A stretch of 64,000 bases of DNA, from the NCBI GenBank assembly GCA_947623745.1, contig CANQHN010000008.1, forward strand, positions 1,387 to 65,386, written 5' to 3'. The notes under the pieces are model-generated. The model made no database searches. It was not told the DNA's origin and saw only the letters and a program-made list of their open reading frames with translations. Source of the stretch: an uncultured Oscillospiraceae bacterium. GTDB taxonomy: Bacteria > Bacillota > Clostridia > Oscillospirales > Oscillospiraceae. Each line of letters begins with the position of its first letter. Position 1 is the first letter of the stretch. This document shows, piece by piece, positions 56,110 through 64,000 of the stretch. Made by a program: the position numbers and the translations under genes.

Positions 56110-57246
56110 TCAGTCCTCCTGTACCGGAGTCTCATCCGGGGTATCGGCATCGGATTCCGCAGGAGCCTCCGATACTGTGTCAGCGGGTTCCTCATCGGGA
56201 ACTGTGGTTGTTTCTTCGTCCGGGGCATCTGCCGTCTCCTCAACGGGAGTGGGATCAGCCTCATCGCCAGAATTGTCCGGCGTTTCCGTATCGGGGGCCG
56301 TCTGCTGGGTGGCAGAGGCAGCCTCCTCGCTGGCAGGTTCCTCCGGCTTCGGCTGTTTCTTCGGCGGAGCGCCAAAGCGCCAGCCGCTGTTGCCAGTAAG
56401 ATCCTGCATCATGAGTTTCCGGGCCAGCGCGAACTGCGCCCCTTTCATACCCATCCGCACCATGAAGATGCGCATGGCAAAACGGTCATTGTCGCCGTCA
56501 TAGGGCTTGTCCAGAATGCGCGTTTGCTCTTTGGCCATCTGGCAGAGCGCCGTGATGAACTGGCCATAGGCAGCCGCCTCGCCGGTCACACCCTTAACAG
56601 GGAACCACGGGAAAGAGATTTTCTCCTCCGTAGCCTCGATGGGCAGTGCCTCGGCAGAGAGCGCCCGCTTAAACAGAACTTCCTTGTTGGCGACGATCTG
56701 CCGCAGTCGCTCCAGCGCACTGTCCGTGAGGAAGCTGCGCGGGATGCTGATAGTGAGATGCGTATCGTCCGCCTCAGAGGAAGCCGTGAGTCCCCCATCT
56801 TCCTTGGCCGGGGCATCAGATACCGGCGTGTTGCCAGTATCCTTTGCTTCGACGGGCTGGGGAGCGGGTTCCTCCGCCGCTTCAGGGCTTTCCGCGCCCA
56901 CGGTGGGCGTTTTGGCCTCGCCTGCGGGTTGGTTATCGGGTTTGGCCTCCGGCGCGATGTCGGCGGTTTCTGCGCCCACGGTGGGGGCATTCTCCTCCGG
57001 GGCCGGGGCATCGTCCACAGCATACGGCGTGAAGCCGCGCTCAGACAGGCCCGAGAGAATCTGCCCGGTAAGGGTCGGGTTGTTCTCGGACCAGCTAATC
57101 ATACCGTTCTTGTCCACGGTGCAGACACCTACGGTATAGCCGTAGGTTGGGGCCCGCATATAAACGGGCTTCTCCTGCAGAACTTCTCCAAGGGCTTGTA
57201 CCAGGCGCTTACGATCTTCGCCGGTCAGGTTGTAACGAATCGTCAT
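56110..57246 (-). CDS. Conserved ICE/prophage protein often labelled virulence-related, with acidic low-complexity inserts
   Basis: MTIRYNLTGEDRKRLV, NDRFAMRIFMVRMGMKG. Confidence 0.7.
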   Translation of the reverse strand: MTIRYNLTGEDRKRLVQALGEVLQEKPVYMRAPTYGYTVGVCTVDKNGMISWSENNPTLTGQILSGLSERGFTPYAVDDAPAPEENAPTVGAETADIAPEAKPDNQPAGEAKTPTVGAESPEAAEEPAPQPVEAKDTGNTPVSDAPAKEDGGLTASSEADDTHLTISIPRSFLTDSALERLRQIVANKEVLFKRALSAEALPIEATEEKISFPWFPVKGVTGEAAAYGQFITALCQMAKEQTRILDKPYDGDNDRFAMRIFMVRMGMKGAQFALARKLMMQDLTGNSGWRFGAPPKKQPKPEEPASEEAASATQQTAPDTETPDNSGDEADPTPVEETADAPDEETTTVPDEEPADTVSEAPAESDADTPDETPVQED

Positions 57247-57291
57247 GTTGTTTACCTCCAATCTAAATTTGTTGACTTTGATTACAGTGGC

Positions 57292-57636
57292 TTATTCGAC
57301 TTCCAGCACGTTTTCCGCATCTACGAAGAAGACGCGCTCCTGTTTAAAGCTCTGCCGCCAGGTCTCCTGCTTGGGGAGACTGGCGGCAAAGCGGAGCAGG
57401 GCTTTTAAGATGCTCTGCTGAAACGGTGTGTGTGGCTTCCTCTCCCAGCCGCGCTCATACGCGAACAGTTCAAGGGAGCTGTTTTTGTCGTTTACATACA
57501 GCTTGATGACGCGCCCGTGCCTGATCCCAAAGCCGGACTTTTTGTCACAGACCTTGATGCCAAACGGGAAATCATCTATGGTGCCGGTGAGCTAGATACC
57601 GTCTCTTGCGGTAGCTTTGATAAAATGCTCAGCCAT
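57292..57636 (-). pseudogene. Small hypothetical gene with in-frame TAG at codon 15
   Basis: GGAGG RBS, ATG 57636, TAG at 57592-57594, frame then open to TAA 57292; similar start to the neighbouring gene. Confidence 0.65.
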
Positions 57637-57649
57637 ATGGTTTCACCTC

Positions 57650-58015
57650 CTACCTCAAAGAATCCATCCAGTCCGTTGACTCGTCGTCGATATCCCCGGC
57701 AAACAGATGAAGCTTGTTTTGAGGTTCCCACCATTCCGCCGGGTTGGGGATAGTGGCGGCAAGGGCCAACAGGGAGTTCAAAATGCGTTTCTCTTCTCCG
57801 GTCAGATACCGGCTCCCAAAGCAGTGCTGAAGAAGCTCCATCCCGTCCAGGCCCAGCCTGCGGTCCCGGAAAAGCTCGAACAAGCGACCTCCTCCGACAC
57901 CGATCTCCGGGTATAAGTCATCTTCCCATATCCGGATGGCAAACGGACGCAGGCCAATCTTCCCAGACAGCCAGAAGCCATCGTTGGTGACGGCAATCAC
58001 AGGTTGTTTTGCCAT
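57650..58015 (-). CDS. Hypothetical protein
   Basis: GAGGTGG RBS; DGFWLSGKIG resembles the start of the adjacent pseudogene. Confidence 0.6.
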   Translation of the reverse strand: MAKQPVIAVTNDGFWLSGKIGLRPFAIRIWEDDLYPEIGVGGGRLFELFRDRRLGLDGMELLQHCFGSRYLTGEEKRILNSLLALAATIPNPAEWWEPQNKLHLFAGDIDDESTDWMDSLR

Positions 58016-58023
58016 AGTCCACC

Positions 58024-58203
58024 TCAGCTTTCCTCGCCGGTCATGATGAAGTGCCAATACTCCTTGGAGTGTTCCTCCAGATAGATGACCAGTTCGTAGT
58101 AGCCTTCACGGTTGGCGATGTACTGTACCATACGGGTGTCGAGCATGTTGGTTTCACCGCTGTCGCGGATCGCCATGATCTGTTCTCTGATTTTCTCAGT
58201 CAT
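58024..58203 (-). CDS. DUF5049-like protein
   Basis: Manual translation MTEKIREQIMAIRDSGETNMLDTRMVQYIANREGYYELVIYLEEHSKEYWHFIMTGEES. Confidence 0.75.
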   Translation of the reverse strand: MTEKIREQIMAIRDSGETNMLDTRMVQYIANREGYYELVIYLEEHSKEYWHFIMTGEES

Positions 58204-58217
58204 TTTCGTATCCTCCT

Positions 58218-59231
58218 TTAAGTGTGTACAGAGTAATAAACATACGGGTAACCATGTTTTTGGCCTTCGTGCAGGATCAGACCGCCGTTTTTGGGACAGC
58301 CGCTCCTTGTCGTGAAGAAGAAACTGTACTGCCCGTCCGGGTAGAGCGTGATATGCTCACCCGGCCAGCAGAAGCAGTCCCGCATTGCCTTTGAGAATGC
58401 GCGGCGGAGTTGCCGGTCCTTTACGATCTCGCGGATCGTGCTGGCGGCGGGGCGGGCGTCGATCTTGGCCTTTGGCTGCGGTGGGATATACAGGTATCTG
58501 AAATCCCGATCCAGTTCGAGCAAAGACCCAACCAGTTGAATGGGTATCACTACATCCTGTTGGAATCCCTTTACGCTGCGATCTCCGTAGGAACTCAGCC
58601 ATGTGAACCGAAAGTGCAGACTGTCCTCCCAGCGCGTGATTGCGAGATAATGCCCACAATCTTCTTCGCGCCGTGAGTCCGCAGATGGTTTTAGCACCTG
58701 TTCCAGCGTTTCCCGAGCGACCAGGAACCGGCCATGTCTGCCATGCAGACGGTCGTAGGTTGTGATGGCGATAAACGGATGATCCCGAGTGAACTTCACC
58801 ATCACATTCTGTGAGAGTCCGGGTGGCTGGACAGTGGCCGAAAACTGTTTGGCAGACTTTGGAGCTTCCCAGCCGGGAATGACCTCATCCGCCGCATCGT
58901 ATTCGTCCGCAATCTGCTCCAGCCAGCGTTCCAGTTCCTCCAGACTGTTGCCAGCCCAGCGGGGAGCGCCAAACGGAGCTTCAGCCGTACCATCCCCGTG
59001 ATCGGTTAGATACAAGCTCTCGTCTGTAACCACAAACTGGCCTTTGTACGCATACAGGAACATTGCGCCCTCAAAATACCGGATCACCCGCCATGCCTTA
59101 TAGCTGAAGGTGTCGGGGAAACGGATCTCGATGGCGGTTGTCGCTGCCTGCGGGTCGTTCCGATCTACGCCGTGGTTGATCTGCTTGGCATAGGGTGTGA
59201 CTTCGTGCTTCAATGATCTCACCTCCTTCAT
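58218..59231 (-). CDS. Hypothetical two-domain protein
   Basis: 337-aa ORF ending NGGLILH...YSVHT; start may be TTG slightly downstream. Confidence 0.65.
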   Translation of the reverse strand: MKEVRSLKHEVTPYAKQINHGVDRNDPQAATTAIEIRFPDTFSYKAWRVIRYFEGAMFLYAYKGQFVVTDESLYLTDHGDGTAEAPFGAPRWAGNSLEELERWLEQIADEYDAADEVIPGWEAPKSAKQFSATVQPPGLSQNVMVKFTRDHPFIAITTYDRLHGRHGRFLVARETLEQVLKPSADSRREEDCGHYLAITRWEDSLHFRFTWLSSYGDRSVKGFQQDVVIPIQLVGSLLELDRDFRYLYIPPQPKAKIDARPAASTIREIVKDRQLRRAFSKAMRDCFCWPGEHITLYPDGQYSFFFTTRSGCPKNGGLILHEGQKHGYPYVYYSVHT

Positions 59232-59283
59232 GTTAAAGTGCGTGTTTTAACCTGTTGCCCGGACAGGTTGAATTTAGGGCTGT

Positions 59284-59329
59284 CCTCCTTTCGTTTGGAT
59301 TGATATTTCTGGTACCCCTGAACGGGGCA
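59284..59329 (-). repeat. Hairpin-plus-RBS leader motif, copy b
   Basis: Near-identical to 60047-60091. Confidence 0.7.
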
Positions 59330-59387
59330 TATGTTTCCTGGGGTATCCCCGGCCCGGTGAGGGCCGGAGATATGTAAGGTGCGGGGA

Positions 59388-59801
59388 TCATCCTCTGCGG
59401 ACAATCTCACCCTCCGGCGTTCTGCTAAAAGCAATACTGCCGAATTCCGAGCAGTCCGGATACTGGTAGTTGACGGTGTAGGTCAGGGCGTAGCCAGCTT
59501 TCAGATCTTCGTGCTCCATTGGCCATTCTTCTTCATACTGGCTGACATAGAACAGAGAGTCCATAACGCAGAATCCGAGATCAGCGCGAACCACCAGAAA
59601 GACCAGGGCATCATGCTCCCGCTCGAAGCGGCGGATCATAGCCATGTCCTTAGCTGTGAGCTCCGGCAGCGTCCCATCTCCCGCAGAGAGATGAATTTTG
59701 CCGTCCTGCTCAAAGTCCCGGATATACTCCTCCCGAAGCCCCATCAGGCGCATCCGGCATAGAGCCTCCTCCTTTTTGCGTTCCATCAGATTATTGTTCA
59801 T
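59388..59801 (-). CDS. Hypothetical protein
   Basis: AAAGGAGA RBS, overlaps the upstream gene. Confidence 0.65.
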   Translation of the reverse strand: MNNNLMERKKEEALCRMRLMGLREEYIRDFEQDGKIHLSAGDGTLPELTAKDMAMIRRFEREHDALVFLVVRADLGFCVMDSLFYVSQYEEEWPMEHEDLKAGYALTYTVNYQYPDCSEFGSIAFSRTPEGEIVRRG

Positions 59802-60036
59802 TTGTAGTGTCTCCTTTCCAGCTAAAATACTGGATGCTTAGAATCTTGATCGTTTGCATTGCCAGATCCACCGGGTAGGTGTGGATCAGCAGTGCGCCTC
59901 CATCGGTGAGCTCAGCACAAAACACAAAGTCTCCGATGTGCTTGAAGCTCTTGATTTGGTAATGTTCCTCCAGAGCCTGTCTCAGCCCTGAACCGTCGTT
60001 TGCGACCTTTCGCCCAATCAGGTCGTGGTTGTCCAT
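59791..60036 (-). CDS. Hypothetical protein
   Basis: GGGAGG RBS from motif copy c. Confidence 0.6.
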   Translation of the reverse strand: MDNHDLIGRKVANDGSGLRQALEEHYQIKSFKHIGDFVFCAELTDGGALLIHTYPVDLAMQTIKILSIQYFSWKGDTTNEQ

Positions 60037-60046
60037 TAGCGGTAAG

Positions 60047-60091
60047 CCTCCCTTCGTTTAGATTGATATTTCTGGCACCCCATACGGGGCA
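60047..60091 (-). repeat. Hairpin-plus-RBS leader motif, copy c
   Basis: Near-identical to 59284-59329. Confidence 0.7.
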
Positions 60092-60183
60092 AGTTGGTTG
60101 TTTTGAGGGGGCGGCGTATGTAAACGGAACCGCCGTCTACATACGCTGGGCCATCAGAGACCTCACATATCCTGTCCCTCCAT

Positions 60184-61236
60184 CTAGCAAAGCTCCTTTG
60201 CGTCAATATATTGCCGGAGCATTTTCTCTATCTGGTCCGGGGTGATCACAAGGAACATCTTGGGGTGGCCTTTGGTATGTTCCGAGATGTACTCCTTTAG
60301 CCGCTGCTTCCGGGCCTCATCTGTAGTGATCCAGACCACCAGCGGAAACATCTGCGTTTCCCGCTGCTCAATCTCGGTGTAGAAGTAACGGAGATAGGCA
60401 TCGCACTTTTCAACCACATCTGCCGGTGATTCGGTGCCGAGATCCATTTCAATGAACCAGCGGTCCTCATAGTTGTCATAGTTGGTGATAACAAAGAGGT
60501 CCGGTTTGAGGTAGCAGAGATGCCCGTCCGCATCCCGGTAGCACCGCCAGCAGGAAGGCTCGGAGTCCACTTGTTCAAGGTCGATGTCGTAGCTGTTGCG
60601 TGAGATGCAAGTCATCTGTATCGCGCATTCCGCTACCGCAAGGGTGTGGTTTAAGAACATGGCAGATGGCTCTTTGGTGCGCTTGCGCGGACCGGCGTCT
60701 GGATCGTTTAGTGTCAGCAGACGGTACCCGGCCTCGGTGAGATGCCAGACCTGCAGGGACGATCCACCGCCTTCGCCGCCGACTCGCCGCTCCAAGGGCC
60801 GGATCAATCCGTAATCGGAGAGCCGCTTCAAGAGCAGGTTCCGGTGGCGGGTCTGAGATGTCTTGGTACTGCAGTTCGTCACATAGAGCGTCCCGATCTG
60901 CGCCGAGGTGAGAAAACGGTACTTGCGGATGGCCTGCAGGACAGCATGGTCGCGGGCGGTAAGGTGGGCCTCGATCTGCTCAAGCTGCGCCCTAGTCAGA
61001 CGGGTATTTTTATAGTGGATGCCCCGCGCCGCTTTGGGTGAAGCTATCCCCGTCAAGGGGATAGAGCCAGCTCCCTTAGTGGCCGAAGCCGCGCCGGGTT
61101 CCGCCGCTTCCTGGCTTTCAAAGTCCTGGCGGTTGGATGGGCGATGGGATGGGTCATTTTCAGGGGTGGCGGCTTGCTTTTCGCTGTCATTATGGTATTT
61201 GTTCTCTGGTTTTTCAGAGTCATAGGATGGGGTCAT
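60184..61236 (-). CDS. Replication-relaxation (Replic_Relax) family relaxase
   Basis: RKYRFLTSAQI, FLNHTLAVAE, LKPDL, WFIEMDLGTES. Confidence 0.8.
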   Translation of the reverse strand: MTPSYDSEKPENKYHNDSEKQAATPENDPSHRPSNRQDFESQEAAEPGAASATKGAGSIPLTGIASPKAARGIHYKNTRLTRAQLEQIEAHLTARDHAVLQAIRKYRFLTSAQIGTLYVTNCSTKTSQTRHRNLLLKRLSDYGLIRPLERRVGGEGGGSSLQVWHLTEAGYRLLTLNDPDAGPRKRTKEPSAMFLNHTLAVAECAIQMTCISRNSYDIDLEQVDSEPSCWRCYRDADGHLCYLKPDLFVITNYDNYEDRWFIEMDLGTESPADVVEKCDAYLRYFYTEIEQRETQMFPLVVWITTDEARKQRLKEYISEHTKGHPKMFLVITPDQIEKMLRQYIDAKELC

Positions 61237-61251
61237 AGTAGTTCTCCTTGT

Positions 61252-63396
61252 TTAACTTTTCTTCTTTCGCCCGATAGGGGCATCATTTATGAGTGAGTCC
61301 GGTGGCGGGGTGGGCGGCATCATCAGTTGGATGAGCGACTGCTCTGTCTTAGCTGCTGGGACTCCGTACCGTTTCATACTCTCGGCCTTGAGCTCCGCTG
61401 CCATGCGAACAAGTTCCGGAGGTGGCAGGGTTCTGGCGCTGATCCAGCCCGTAGCACTGCCATCAGACTGAAAAGCGGTGTAGATTTCGTAGCGGGGCAG
61501 CGTCATGAAGTCCAGCGGTTCCAGTTCCTGTGCTTGGGCCGCCAACGCCTTGGCGTCGTCGCTGTTCAGACCGAAGATGATCTTATTCCGGCAGTTGGCG
61601 TCCACCCCGGCCAGAATATCCGGTGGGAGCTGCCCCCGGTACTGGTGGGCCACAGTATAGGCAACACCCAGCCCTCTGGCCTGTGACAGAGCGTCACTAA
61701 ACGAAGTGGGCAAGGCAAGGTAGTCTTGTAGTTCGTCGATAAAGATGGACACCATGTGTCGTTTCTCCGGTGCGATTTTTGCTCTGGATAGGGCAAGGCT
61801 CCAAGTGAGGCTAACAATGAGGCTCCCTAAGAGCCGTGCGCTCTCTGCGCCGATCATCCCCCGGTTGAGCGGTACCAGCACGATCCGGCGTTTGAGAAAG
61901 AGGTCGGTGAGGGAAAACTTCGGCTCAGACTGCCCAAGGATGCTTCTAAGACCGGGGCGGAAAGTGATCTGCCGGAGCTTGTTGAGGACCGGCGCGATCT
62001 CGGTGCGGCGCTCACTGTCTCGCATCGTCTCGAAGTTTCTCCAAAACGGCTCCAGCGCGATGGGGTCCTTTACCTGTGCGGTGATCTTCTTGCGGAAACT
62101 CTCATCGGTGAGCAGAAACGGTAGCCAGAGCAGGTTCGCCCCCTTGATTTGGGCAAGGGTCAACAGCGCCCCGGACAAAATGTCCGCACTGCGGATGCCC
62201 CAGTTCTGAGAAAACAGTTCCTGAAACACCGCCAGCACCGCATCCGCTGTAAGGGCCGGGTCTTGGTGATAGGCCAGCGGGTTAAATCCCACCGGACAGG
62301 GGTCCGAAGGGTCCAGCACGACCACATCGTCTTTGCGGCTGTCTGGAATGCGCTCCAAAATGTCTGTGACAAGATCGGCCTTGGGATCAATCACCAGAAC
62401 GCTGCGCCCGGCTCGGATGTCTGCAAGGATCAGATGGAGCATGGCAGTGCTTTTACCGGCCCCGGTAGGCCCTAAGAACACCGTGTGCTCCAGAGCATCC
62501 TTGGGGGCAATGCTGAGTGGCTTTTGGGCACTGTCTAAGGCTGTGGCGAAGGTACGCTTTGCGGCACTCGCTTTTGGCTCCCGGTACCACTTCGGCGGCA
62601 GGAGCAGCTTGGGGTGTAGCCCTGGCGTTCCCGGCAGTTCTTCCTCCCCGGCGGGGAGAAGCATAAAACAGGCGGTCTCCTTAACAGACAGGCGGTTCGG
62701 CATCCGCCACGGCAGAGCGGCCAGATCCAAATGGCTCGGCAGGTCCCGCTCCGCATGAATATGTACACCCGCGCTCTCCAAAGTTCGGAGCGCAGAGATG
62801 ATATTGTTGATCCGGGTTTCCAAATGGCCTCCCGAAACACCTACCCGGACGACGGCATCGAAGCGGTACTGGCTGGCCTTATCCCGTGCGGACTTCTGCT
62901 GATCTGCTGTGGCGTTATATACATTTCCGAAAACCGCTCTAAACCATGAAGCAGTGGGGTCCGGCATATTCTTGGGGATACTGCTGGGGGCGTAGGCCGC
63001 CCCCAGCGTCACCTGTACTACGGTTTCTGTATCCGCCCCCGCACCGGTCATGGCGGCGAGAGCGGCCCGGACGGTAGCCGCCGCCACGTCCGTATTAAGT
63101 TGTAAAATTGGCTTTGAGATTTTGAGTTTTCTCGCCACCGATACTTTCTCACGGGGGACACCCTCAACAAACTGCACACTGGTATGGGCCCGCAGGACTT
63201 CCTGCACCCGGCTGACGCTTTTCTTGGGCGTCCCAATGAGATACCGCATCTGCCCATTGCGGCAGCGGGCCTCCCAAACGATCTCCCCGCGGGAAGTCAA
63301 AGCAGCGATGTGGGTGAGGACCGCTTGGATCGTCTCCATCTCATAGGGGCGCTGGATCAACACCTCGCGCCAGACCAGTGTGTTAGTAGTCGTCAT
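61252..63396 (-). CDS. VirD4/TraD-like type IV coupling ATPase
   Basis: HTVFLGPTGAGKS, VIDPKAD, IFIDELQ, ARGLGVAYTVAHQ. Confidence 0.82.
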   Translation of the reverse strand: MTTTNTLVWREVLIQRPYEMETIQAVLTHIAALTSRGEIVWEARCRNGQMRYLIGTPKKSVSRVQEVLRAHTSVQFVEGVPREKVSVARKLKISKPILQLNTDVAAATVRAALAAMTGAGADTETVVQVTLGAAYAPSSIPKNMPDPTASWFRAVFGNVYNATADQQKSARDKASQYRFDAVVRVGVSGGHLETRINNIISALRTLESAGVHIHAERDLPSHLDLAALPWRMPNRLSVKETACFMLLPAGEEELPGTPGLHPKLLLPPKWYREPKASAAKRTFATALDSAQKPLSIAPKDALEHTVFLGPTGAGKSTAMLHLILADIRAGRSVLVIDPKADLVTDILERIPDSRKDDVVVLDPSDPCPVGFNPLAYHQDPALTADAVLAVFQELFSQNWGIRSADILSGALLTLAQIKGANLLWLPFLLTDESFRKKITAQVKDPIALEPFWRNFETMRDSERRTEIAPVLNKLRQITFRPGLRSILGQSEPKFSLTDLFLKRRIVLVPLNRGMIGAESARLLGSLIVSLTWSLALSRAKIAPEKRHMVSIFIDELQDYLALPTSFSDALSQARGLGVAYTVAHQYRGQLPPDILAGVDANCRNKIIFGLNSDDAKALAAQAQELEPLDFMTLPRYEIYTAFQSDGSATGWISARTLPPPELVRMAAELKAESMKRYGVPAAKTEQSLIQLMMPPTPPPDSLINDAPIGRKKKS

Positions 63397-63613
63397 GATG
63401 TTTTCTCCATCTGTACACGCGATAGGAAATGATGGCCACGCCTACCGTCACCGCGATGACAAGCAGCGGTATCTTTACGGACAGCAGCCAGCAGACGCCC
63501 AGACGGATGAGGTAGCAGCAGATAACGAACGCAATGACATCCTCGATGAGCCTTGAAACCAGGCTGCGGGTATCTGGATCGTCCTCGTCCCACGGATCGT
63601 TTTTTTGAGACAT
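63383..63613 (-). CDS. Small two-TM membrane protein
   Basis: Two hydrophobic helices; overlaps the coupling-protein start. Confidence 0.6.
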   Translation of the reverse strand: MSQKNDPWDEDDPDTRSLVSRLIEDVIAFVICCYLIRLGVCWLLSVKIPLLVIAVTVGVAIISYRVYRWRKHHDDY

Positions 63614-63619
63614 TGTGCA

Positions 63620-64000
63620 TCACACCTCCTCCCTGGTATCTGGCTTCACCTCCGACGTAGGCTTAGCGAATTTCTCGTCAGATTTTTCGAAGGAATATTT
63701 TGGAACGGGATAGCCTGGGATAAAGATATCCGCGCCGCCCTCGGTCTCGTTACCCCAACAGTGCCAGTTCTCACGGCTGGCTGGCCGTCTACGGCAGAAA
63801 AGTTCGAGATAGGGTCCAGGGGATACGCGCTCTAAAAGCGGTATGAAGGACCTCGGCTTCTCTGAGTGCTCTGTAGGCGACGCCACCAAAATGTTCATCT
63901 GCGAATGGGTTTTGGGAGGCAGTTTGCCCCTTACACCGAAAAGGCAAAGTTCGGTGGCATTGCGATAGTAATTGCCAAGGCCCGGTCGGAATTTGGCCCA
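63620..64000 (-). CDS. MT-A70 family adenine methyltransferase (5' end outside window)
   Basis: WAKFRPGLGNYYRNATELCLFGVRGK, EHSEKP, YLELFCRR. Confidence 0.82.
   Translation of the reverse strand, partial: WAKFRPGLGNYYRNATELCLFGVRGKLPPKTHSQMNILVASPTEHSEKPRSFIPLLERVSPGPYLELFCRRRPASRENWHCWGNETEGGADIFIPGYPVPKYSFEKSDEKFAKPTSEVKPDTREEV

Larger units (their letters stand above)
48900..64000 (-). mobile_element. Integrative element with tandem serine recombinases, Replic_Relax relaxase and VirD4-like ATPase (other end outside window)
   Basis: Abrupt drop in GC after hpf; all genes on the minus strand; recombinase pair and mobilization genes; boundary approximate. Confidence 0.75.

Overview
This is a high-GC, spore-forming Bacillota chromosome segment (Oscillospiraceae-like by gene content and codon style, inferred). 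A core block (about 17.7-48.8 kb) is flanked by two mobile elements, both cut by the window edges. LEFT (<1 to about 17265): an integrative mobilizable element. It carries an AT-richer catabolic cargo (dhaK, LysR, HpcH aldolase, TRAP transporter, MBL hydrolase, Fe-ADH), a HipA-like kinase, a flavodoxin-like gene, an AAA/RepA-like protein with 9-bp iterons, oriT/MobC/MOBP relaxase with an overprinted gene, RhuM and a large serine recombinase. The recombinase reads in frame into the 3' part of the sporulation gene spoVT, so the element appears to be inserted in spoVT. CORE: EF-G paralog, ECF sigma/anti-sigma, dusB, WalRK-YycHI-like operon, murI, ilvE, gdpP-rplI-dnaB-tilS-hpt-ftsH, folA-thyA, spoIIID, birA, yabPQ-divIC-S1, amidohydrolase, hpf. 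RIGHT (about 48900 to >64000): an element with tandem serine recombinases, a Replic_Relax relaxase, a VirD4/TraD-like ATPase and an MT-A70 methyltransferase. Its end holds a low-GC block of two surface-protein genes with an architecture I associate with Saccharibacteria (CPR). A 67-bp att-like direct repeat brackets the first of these genes, and that gene has a long, highly structured 5' leader. No CRISPR, rRNA or tRNA was found. Domain and family names are from recognition, not database searches.
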